This document shows, piece after piece, positions 56,933-64,000 of a stretch of 64,000 bases of DNA (position 1 is the stretch's first letter; each line of letters begins with the position of its first letter). This DNA comes from Lachnospiraceae bacterium. Its GTDB lineage: Bacteria; Bacillota; Clostridia; Lachnospirales; Lachnospiraceae. Below the pieces are notes generated by a model. That model made no database searches. It worked only from the letters and a program-made list of their open reading frames with translations, and was not told where the DNA came from. The DNA lies in the NCBI GenBank assembly GCA_028696165.1, contig JAQVHQ010000011.1, positions 1,866-65,865 of the forward strand. Reading direction: 5' to 3'. The position numbers were made by a program, and so were the translations under genes.

Positions 56933-58351
56933 CTATTTATTATATTCAATCACCTTACCAGGATTTAATATGAGCTTATCATCAAAAGCCAGCTTTATCG
57001 CTTTATACAAGGCAATCATCCTTGGCCCTACGAATTCCTCTAAAAATTCCAGGCGACCATTTCCGATTCCATGTTCTCCTGACAATTGTCCGCCCAGTTC
57101 CTTTGACAGCGCATACAACTCTGTCAGACAGGCGTGGGTGGCACTTTTCCACTCTTCATCGCTCATCTTTGGACCACGAAGCATCTCTGTATGGATGTTT
57201 CCATCTCCGCAGTGTCCGCATGGTTCTACCCTGATTCCATGAGAAACAGCGATTCGCTTCGCTGCCTTAACATACTCTGCAATGCGTGCTCTTGGAACTA
57301 CCACATCACACTCTTCCTGAGATACCGAGTCTGCTTTCATGCCCTCTAAGATACCGCCACGTACTGCCCATATAGATGCTGCACGTTCCGGTGTTGCTGC
57401 GATACAGCAGTCGAAAGCGCCCTGAGCTAACGCTGCCTGAGCCGCTGCATCAACGGCACTGTCTAATTCCTGCTGACTAGAAGCATCGTACATGACAATC
57501 AACACTGCCTCTCCCTGTTTTACAGGGAAGAGTTTGTTCAAATTGCGTTCTACGATATCAATTAATTCCCTCTCCAGAAATTCAATTGCCGTAGGCACAA
57601 ATGGCAAATCCAGCACTTTGGGAACCATATCTGCGCAGGCCTCCAGACTTGGGAATGGCATAACCAGCGTTGCCGAACAGGTCGGTGCCGGAAGCAGTTT
57701 TAAGGTAACTTCCGTAAGAATACATAACGTTCCTTCTGAACCGATAATCAAATCTTTCACATCATACCCGGTAGTATTTTTCACAACATTTGATGAAAAA
57801 TTCATAATAGAACCATCGGGCATAACTGCTTCTATACAGCGTACAAAATCTCTGGTCAAACCATAGCGTACCGCTTTCATACCGCCGGCATTGGTGATGA
57901 CATTACCGCCAATGGATGCAGTCTTCTCTCCCGGGTCCGGTGGATAGAAGAGTCCTTCTGCTGCCGCTGCTGCCTGGATATCGATAAGCAACGCACCCGG
58001 CTGGGTAGTAACTGTCTGATTCTTATGATCGATTGGAAATATCTTATTCATACGCATAATGGACAACATGATACCACCATATTTACAGGTAGCTCCTCCT
58101 GCCAATCCGGTTCCTGCTCCACGACAGACAACCGGAATATTCTGCTCATAGGCATAGCGCATGATAGCAGATACTTCTTCTTTATTCACTACTTCTACAT
58201 ATAATTCCGGTGGAAATACCCCGTATTCAGGCATCTCATCTTTATAATACTCATTTGCGATTTCTTCTCCCACCCATACTCTATCTTTGGCAGTCACCGA
58301 ACGGATAAAGTCGAAATCTTCCCGGGTCATCTTCTTGTATGGATATGCCAT
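56933..58351 (-). CDS. FAD-binding oxidoreductase, GlcD/LctD-type (probable lactate dehydrogenase partner of EtfAB)
   Basis: 472-aa ORF; FAD_binding_4 region PVVCRGAGTGLAGG, C-terminal GEHGIG; directly downstream of etfBA. Confidence 0.8.
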   Translation of the reverse strand: MAYPYKKMTREDFDFIRSVTAKDRVWVGEEIANEYYKDEMPEYGVFPPELYVEVVNKEEVSAIMRYAYEQNIPVVCRGAGTGLAGGATCKYGGIMLSIMRMNKIFPIDHKNQTVTTQPGALLIDIQAAAAAEGLFYPPDPGEKTASIGGNVITNAGGMKAVRYGLTRDFVRCIEAVMPDGSIMNFSSNVVKNTTGYDVKDLIIGSEGTLCILTEVTLKLLPAPTCSATLVMPFPSLEACADMVPKVLDLPFVPTAIEFLERELIDIVERNLNKLFPVKQGEAVLIVMYDASSQQELDSAVDAAAQAALAQGAFDCCIAATPERAASIWAVRGGILEGMKADSVSQEECDVVVPRARIAEYVKAAKRIAVSHGIRVEPCGHCGDGNIHTEMLRGPKMSDEEWKSATHACLTELYALSKELGGQLSGEHGIGNGRLEFLEEFVGPRMIALYKAIKLAFDDKLILNPGKVIEYNK

Positions 58352-58355
58352 GACT

Positions 58356-59546
58356 CTACTCCTCCTTCTGCTTTCTGACCAATTCTGTCAATTGTGGTAC
58401 TACCTGATACAAATCATCTACGATGCAGTAATGCGCCACATTGAAAATCTGTGCATCCGCATCATTATTAATCGCCACAATACACTCAGAACCTGTCATA
58501 CAGGAAGTAAACTGGATAGCACCGGATACACCACAGGTAATGATTAATTTAGGACGTACCGTACGTCCGGAAAGACCAATCTGATGAGCGGTATCACCAT
58601 ATCCATTCTCCACCATAGGCCGTGTAAATGCCAACTGTCCGCCTAAAGCGTCAGCCAGTTCCTGACACATAGCCACATCTTTTTCATTTCTTACGCCTCT
58701 TCCGGCAACCACGAGAATATCTTCATCTTCTATATTCTTGCTCTTATCAATTACCCTGGAAGAAAGAATCTCAATGGCCGATTTTGTCATCTCTGCCGGA
58801 ATATCACACCGTACAATCTCCCCTGAAGGCTGTTTTACTTTCAATGCTTTATCCATAACTCTGTAACGCACGGTAGCAAATTGCGGTCTGGATCTTGTAA
58901 TGGCTATCTGTGCCATAATATTACCGCCAAATGCAGGTCGTATCTGCACCATGTCTGTATTGTCCTTGATGTCCAGGGTAGTGCAGTCAGCAGTCAACCC
59001 TGTGTGAAAACGGGTAGACAATCTGGGGGCCAGTGATCGTCCCAGCGCAGTCGCACCTATCAGTACAGAACTTGGTTTTGTTATGGCTATGCAATCTGCC
59101 ACCGCATCGGTATAACAGTCAGCCCGAAAACCTTCAAATCCTTCGTCTTCATAGACATACACTTTATCCGCTCCATAGGCGAGCAGCTTTTTCGCATTTT
59201 CCTCTGTTCCTGCGCCTCCAACGATGACACAATTCACTTTAAACTGAACCTTTTTTGCCATCTTGCGTGCTTCTCCCAGTAGTTCATAAGCAACCGGATG
59301 GATATCTCCACGTTCCTGTTCAACAAAAATCAGGAAATCTTTCCATTTACTCTTATCGAAAGAATTTGCTTTCTGTTCGAATTTAATGGCCTTTTCCGGA
59401 CACTGACGTACACACAGTCCGCACATACGGCATTTTTCATCTACAACGATGCCTTTTTCTTCTATCACTAATGCCCCAAATGGACATTTTTCCACACAGA
59501 TTCCGCACAGACTACACTTCTGTGCATCGAATTTCATTATCTCCAT
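58356..59546 (-). CDS. etfA: electron transfer flavoprotein alpha subunit with N-terminal 2x[4Fe-4S] ferredoxin domain
   Basis: CSLCGICVEKCP and CRMCGLCVRQCP clusters followed by an EtfA body (IVAINNDADAQIF). Confidence 0.88.
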   Translation of the reverse strand: MEIMKFDAQKCSLCGICVEKCPFGALVIEEKGIVVDEKCRMCGLCVRQCPEKAIKFEQKANSFDKSKWKDFLIFVEQERGDIHPVAYELLGEARKMAKKVQFKVNCVIVGGAGTEENAKKLLAYGADKVYVYEDEGFEGFRADCYTDAVADCIAITKPSSVLIGATALGRSLAPRLSTRFHTGLTADCTTLDIKDNTDMVQIRPAFGGNIMAQIAITRSRPQFATVRYRVMDKALKVKQPSGEIVRCDIPAEMTKSAIEILSSRVIDKSKNIEDEDILVVAGRGVRNEKDVAMCQELADALGGQLAFTRPMVENGYGDTAHQIGLSGRTVRPKLIITCGVSGAIQFTSCMTGSECIVAINNDADAQIFNVAHYCIVDDLYQVVPQLTELVRKQKEE

Positions 59547-59558
59547 CTTACCGTCCCC

Positions 59559-60347
59559 CTATAGTATCTTCTTATCCGTCAGGATAGTAAAAAGTTCTTC
59601 TGCTTTTTGGGCAGCATCACCTTCCAGATATACTTGTTTTTCTATTTCCGGCGGTGCGAACATACGCTCCACCGATGTAGGGGATCCAATCAGCCCATAA
59701 CGGGTCAGATCATGGTCCGGCATATCATCAAATCCTATGATTCTTACCGGACGTTCTTTCGTTGCACATTTCAAAAGATAAGAAGGCAGTCTTGGAACAC
59801 ACATATCTTTATCTACTGTTATCAGACATGGATATGGAAGTTTCGATACCTGTGATACACTGACTAAGTCCTGTCTCACACTGATTGCATGCTCATCTGC
59901 ATCCACAATCTCTGCCACCCAGGCTGCATGGGGAATACCCATATGTTCTGCGATTGCAGGACCTACCTGTGATGTATCGCCATCTGTGGTCTGCTTTCCA
60001 CATATAATCAAATCTGCTCCGCCTATGACCTGAATGCCCTGGGACAATGCATAAGAAGTAGCAAGTACATCGGCTCCTGCAAATTTCCTGTCTGACAAAA
60101 TCACTGCATCATCTGCACCCATAGTATAGGCATCACGCATCATTTCCTCTGCCTGAGGAGGCCCCATGGTCAATACGGTAACCGTTCCACCTGTTTTTTC
60201 TCTTAAACTGAGAGCTGCCTCTAAGGCAAATAAATCATAAGGATTCGTTCTTGTCTCTCCGGACAAACGTTTCATAGCACCTGTCTCCGGGTCAATGTCT
60301 ACCTTGGTCCCAGCCGGTACCTGTTTCATACAAACTACTATTTTCAT
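59559..60347 (-). CDS. etfB: electron transfer flavoprotein beta subunit
   Basis: MKIVVCMKQVP start, 262 aa, typical EtfB. Confidence 0.9.
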   Translation of the reverse strand: MKIVVCMKQVPAGTKVDIDPETGAMKRLSGETRTNPYDLFALEAALSLREKTGGTVTVLTMGPPQAEEMMRDAYTMGADDAVILSDRKFAGADVLATSYALSQGIQVIGGADLIICGKQTTDGDTSQVGPAIAEHMGIPHAAWVAEIVDADEHAISVRQDLVSVSQVSKLPYPCLITVDKDMCVPRLPSYLLKCATKERPVRIIGFDDMPDHDLTRYGLIGSPTSVERMFAPPEIEKQVYLEGDAAQKAEELFTILTDKKIL

Positions 60348-60461
60348 GTTTCCAGCTTCTTTCGTACTTTTTTGCTTTAAACAGTTAAAGCGCCGTAAAT
60401 TATTATAGCACTACGAATAAATGTTGTCGAGGTTTTTTTAGGTTTTTATGAATTAATGCAC

Positions 60462-60519
60462 AAAAAAAGAACTGAAATGGCAATATTATTAGTTAAATAA
60501 CATTGTCATTTCAGTTCTT
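60462..60519 (-). terminator. intrinsic terminator after the diguanylate cyclase gene
   Basis: minus sense AAGAACTGAAATGACAAT...ATTGCCATTTCAGTTCTT (18-bp stem) followed by TTTTTTTG. Confidence 0.8.
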
Positions 60520-60528
60520 TTTCGTCTT

Positions 60529-62067
60529 CTAGCGTTCTTCCAGCCTCTGATTTTTTATGGCATACATACGCTCATCCGCCAGTTTAAACAGTTCTCTCAC
60601 ACTGCCCGCTTCTGAATATTTACAAAATCCAATGGAAGTTTCCATATGGTGACCTGGAGCGAATGTGGCACAGTCTATGGCACTTATCGCCTCATGAATT
60701 CTATCTCCCATCTCTTCTGTGGTGATACTCTCCGGTGCATGCAAAACAATAAATTCATCTCCTGCCAACCGGGTGACCACATCGAATTTTGGTATACAGC
60801 TTTTCAATGCCTTTGCAGTCTCCTGAAGTGCCGTATCTCCAGCCGAATGTCCATAATAATCATTGATTCTTTTAAAGTGATTTAAATCCAGGAACAGAAT
60901 AGAGAAATCCCCGCCTTTCATTACGTATTTATGCTCCCAATTATCCAGAAGTTCTCCTAACTTTCTTCGATTAGGCAGCCCTGTCAGTTCATCATAATGG
61001 GCCAGATAATCTAACTTCTGCTGTGCATCTTTTAAAGTACTGGCATCATGCAGGGATAATATAAATACTTCATATTCCTGATTTCTCGTAGTAGTTCGGG
61101 TAATAGAACAAAAAAGCGGGATATGATTAGAAAGAATCAGGTCTAATCCAGAGCCTCTTTTTTTATTTGATTTTTCAAAATCTACTAATAATTCCCTGCC
61201 TTCCTGACATAAGTTATCAGTAAAGTAAGTTCCTTTTGCTTCTTCCAAATCCAGAATCCTTTTTGCCTCTTCATTTACATATAAGATACGCCATGAAATA
61301 TCCGTAATCAACATGGCATCCATACTGCTCTCGAAGATACTCCCCGGATCCATGGCCAGTTCAATATGCATCAAATCATGTTTGCTTAATTCATTCTGAT
61401 ATCCTATGAGAAACACCATCGTCGCTATAAAGCTAAGCGGCGGCCAGTACGTAGTAAAATGAGGGACTACATAGATAGTTAAAATGCCCACAAATACAGC
61501 TACGGCATCCAATATTATAAATTCTGTAGAAAGCATACGAACATCTTTGCCCTCCATGCGTCTCTGCCACAGATATAGCCGGATTAACGCAACTCCCAGA
61601 TATAATCCCAATTCCACATATAGCGCATATGGCCAGAAGCTGGTAAATGACTGCTGATAAGTCCAGCCCAGTCCGCTTGTACTTTGTACCAGTTCATCTG
61701 CAAGTGTATAAGAATTGCCAAAGACAGTCATACAAGTATACACAGCTGCCGGCGTCCACCAGAGCAACTTACGAATCCATGTGTTTAAATACTTTTGAGC
61801 ATCCTGACACATGACCAGAAAATAGTATGCTGTAACCGGAATAAATCCACTATAACCAAATCCGCCCAGTCTCAGCCAGAACCATGCCTGCTCCTTTGTC
61901 TCTGCCACGTAGAAGAAAGCATCACAGAAGGCCCACCACCCCAGGCATGCAAAAACTCCCAGAGAGACCTGAACCAGAAGATCATTCTTACATCCAACTG
62001 CCCGTCTTGCCAACAGGACAAAATATAAAATCCCTGTGATCACCGCTAAAAATGACACAATATTCAT
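60529..62067 (-). CDS. membrane sensor diguanylate cyclase, GGDEF domain with AGDEF active-site variant
   Basis: 512-aa ORF; about 7 N-terminal TM helices, PAS-like linker, YDELTGLPNRR, RLAGDEF (codons at 60751-60765). Confidence 0.85.
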   Translation of the reverse strand: MNIVSFLAVITGILYFVLLARRAVGCKNDLLVQVSLGVFACLGWWAFCDAFFYVAETKEQAWFWLRLGGFGYSGFIPVTAYYFLVMCQDAQKYLNTWIRKLLWWTPAAVYTCMTVFGNSYTLADELVQSTSGLGWTYQQSFTSFWPYALYVELGLYLGVALIRLYLWQRRMEGKDVRMLSTEFIILDAVAVFVGILTIYVVPHFTTYWPPLSFIATMVFLIGYQNELSKHDLMHIELAMDPGSIFESSMDAMLITDISWRILYVNEEAKRILDLEEAKGTYFTDNLCQEGRELLVDFEKSNKKRGSGLDLILSNHIPLFCSITRTTTRNQEYEVFILSLHDASTLKDAQQKLDYLAHYDELTGLPNRRKLGELLDNWEHKYVMKGGDFSILFLDLNHFKRINDYYGHSAGDTALQETAKALKSCIPKFDVVTRLAGDEFIVLHAPESITTEEMGDRIHEAISAIDCATFAPGHHMETSIGFCKYSEAGSVRELFKLADERMYAIKNQRLEER

Positions 62068-62186
62068 GATATATCCTCGTTTGCATTAAATATTTTATGA
62101 ATTATCGCACAAATCATTCATATATTTAATTATAGCGCACATTTTACTCTTATACAATGGTAAAACTTTTTGATCTTATTCCTATA

Positions 62187-62987
62187 TCAGATTGGCATAT
62201 TTTTTCTTTTGAACACCTGACCAGCTATTATATAGCAGAGGATGCCCACCCCATACATAATCCCGCAAGTTATCCACGCCATTTGCTCATTACTGATTAA
62301 ACCATCCACATTGAATAAGGTCATGGGTGTTGCATATTTTAACTTTTCAAATTTGTCTCCCACCTGGGAAATCATCTGTACTAGTAGAGCATAAATAACA
62401 ACAGCAGAACTAAAACCAAGCGTCACCTTCGTCTCATTAAATACACAGGAAGTCAAAAAACATACTCCCCCGAACATGACCCACAGGCCAAAGAGACCTG
62501 CATTGGCCCGGAGAAATCCCGGAATGTCCAAATCTCCCGGAAACATAAAGTGACTGGTGATTAAAACTACTGCCAACACAAATATTTCCAAAATCAACAG
62601 ACTGCTTACCATAAATATCATCTGAGTGCGTACTATCTTACTTCTCTTTTCCGGTACTGCCAGCAGATATACCATGGAGCCATTATCTATGTATTTGGCA
62701 ACCAGGCGGTTAGCTAATATGATAATGTAAACTGCCGGAAACGCTGTTAACAGAATCCCATATAGATAACCTGTAACAAATTCAAGAAGTGTAGTACCCA
62801 CATCTGCCATTCCAAATGCTGCAAATACCTCAGGCATACTCTCAGCCATGGTTCTCAAGCTGTCTCCCATCTCAGGGTCAAACATAGATATAATCATGAT
62901 TGCGTACATAGTTAATACTCCCATGAATATAATCAGCATAACCCAATTGCTCTTCCATTCTTTCTTATATAAAGTCAGATTAATCAT
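62187..62987 (-). CDS. ABC-2 type transporter permease
   Basis: 266-aa six-TM ORF overlapping the upstream ATPase gene by 8 nt. Confidence 0.75.
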   Translation of the reverse strand: MINLTLYKKEWKSNWVMLIIFMGVLTMYAIMIISMFDPEMGDSLRTMAESMPEVFAAFGMADVGTTLLEFVTGYLYGILLTAFPAVYIIILANRLVAKYIDNGSMVYLLAVPEKRSKIVRTQMIFMVSSLLILEIFVLAVVLITSHFMFPGDLDIPGFLRANAGLFGLWVMFGGVCFLTSCVFNETKVTLGFSSAVVIYALLVQMISQVGDKFEKLKYATPMTLFNVDGLISNEQMAWITCGIMYGVGILCYIIAGQVFKRKNMPI

Positions 62988-63873
62988 GCTTATTTCCTCC
63001 GTAAAAGTGTAAGAAGAAGTCTTCCAGGGACTGCGTATGAATAGACATATCTGTTATGGTGTAGACAGACGCCTTTTTTATAACCCTGTCTATATTCATA
63101 CCCACGTGAACACTCACCGTCCTATCAGCTATTTCGGTCTCTTTATCTTCAAAGTCATCACAAAATCCTCTCGCCATACTCGCATCAGCAAATGTAATCT
63201 CCATCTTTTTCTTCTTTCCAGAGCAAAGCTTTTCCATGGAATCTACTGCAACCAGTCGTCCCTCACGAATTATGGCTGCCCGGTCACAAGTACGCTCTAT
63301 CTCCTCAAATATGTGGGAAGACATCAATATGGTTTTTCCCCGTTTTTTCTCACTTAATATCAAATCCACAAAGCGATTCTGCATCAAGGGATCCAGACCG
63401 CTGGTGGGTTCATCTAATATTAAAATGTCCGGATCCTGCATGAATGCACAGACAATTCCGATCTTTTGCTTCATTCCCTTTGACATCTTCTTAATCTTGC
63501 CACTGGCATTCAGCTCAAATTGTTCCATAAGTTCCGGCGCCCTGCCCAGATCCTTCATTTTCTTCATCTTCGCTGAAAATCGGATAAATTCCATACCATT
63601 CATGGAATCCATAAATGTGATTTCTCCCGGCAGATATCCCAATGATTTCTGAATCTTATCTGCATGCAGGAAACAATCTTTTCCCAGTATCTTAACCTTC
63701 CCGCTGTCTGGTTTGATAAATCCTAAGAGCTGGCGAATAGTTGTAGTCTTGCCCGCCCCGTTAGGTCCTAAAAACCCTAGAACTTCTCCTTGTTCTACGT
63801 TAAAGCTCAAATCAAAGACTCCTCTGTTGTGTCCATAATCCTTGGTAATGTGATTGATTACAATAGTATTCAC
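62980..63873 (-). CDS. ABC transporter ATP-binding protein (ABC-2 exporter ATPase)
   Basis: GPNGAGKTT Walker A, MSKGMKQKIGI signature-like, ILILDEPTSGLD; start placed at GTG 63873 (AGGAGG 8 nt upstream) rather than the ATG at 63921. Confidence 0.85.
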   Translation of the reverse strand: MNTIVINHITKDYGHNRGVFDLSFNVEQGEVLGFLGPNGAGKTTTIRQLLGFIKPDSGKVKILGKDCFLHADKIQKSLGYLPGEITFMDSMNGMEFIRFSAKMKKMKDLGRAPELMEQFELNASGKIKKMSKGMKQKIGIVCAFMQDPDILILDEPTSGLDPLMQNRFVDLILSEKKRGKTILMSSHIFEEIERTCDRAAIIREGRLVAVDSMEKLCSGKKKKMEITFADASMARGFCDDFEDKETEIADRTVSVHVGMNIDRVIKKASVYTITDMSIHTQSLEDFFLHFYGGNKHD

Positions 63874-64000
63874 TATAGATACTCCTCCTTGTAAGTAAGC
63901 TGCCGTAACATGGTCATCCACTGTTTAAATTCCTTCATCATAGATTTTAACTCTATTGGCTGATTTATCATCTTAAGCTGGTGCATATATCCATCTGCCA
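63873..64000 (-). CDS. 3' end of an upstream co-transcribed gene (small regulator?), N-terminus outside the window
   Basis: manual translation ...ADGYMHQLKMINQPIELKSMMKEFKQWMTMLRQLTYKEEYL*, stop TAG overlaps the GTG start of the ATPase gene (TAGTG). Confidence 0.4.
   Translation of the reverse strand, partial: ADGYMHQLKMINQPIELKSMMKEFKQWMTMLRQLTYKEEYL

Overview
This looks like a low-GC Firmicutes/Clostridia chromosomal window; the gene content resembles a gut Lachnospiraceae-like anaerobe, but the taxon is inference only. It holds about 55 protein genes, almost all on the minus strand.

Coding content:
- Housekeeping genes: argS; thrS behind a T-box; infC-rpmI-rplT behind an L20-type leader; purA, purB, purF, purC; rarA; class-I fumarate hydratase; malic enzyme; phosphoglucomutase.
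- A TPP riboswitch-thiT unit.
- A carbohydrate locus: sugar ABC transporter, two tandem GH13 paralogs, DeoR regulator, FGGY kinase, GH31, and a UlaG-like/UlaE-like/unknown-protein operon.
- An LctD-EtfAB lactate-type module, crcB, an AGDEF-variant diguanylate cyclase, and amino-acid and ABC-2 transporters.
- I saw no rRNA, tRNA, CRISPR array, transposase, integrase or phage genes.

The unusual content is non-coding:
1. Three copies of an unclassified, ornate element of about 280-290 nt (10829-11107, 21170-21460, 52907-53193). The helices are very long and differ in sequence between copies, while the loops and junctions are conserved. Each copy starts 5-30 nt after a minus-strand stop codon, and each is followed, in minus sense, by a G-tract or GC-rich repeat module.
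2. A 2.2-kb gene-free island containing a 53-bp satellite of about 20 units, plus 18-bp and 15-bp arrays.
3. Many other short tandem arrays (13, 15, 17 and 75 bp) just upstream of genes.
4. A GC-rich 30-bp perfect inverted repeat.
5. A further 181-nt nested palindrome.

All calls come from reading the sequence and the ORF track by eye. No database search was run.
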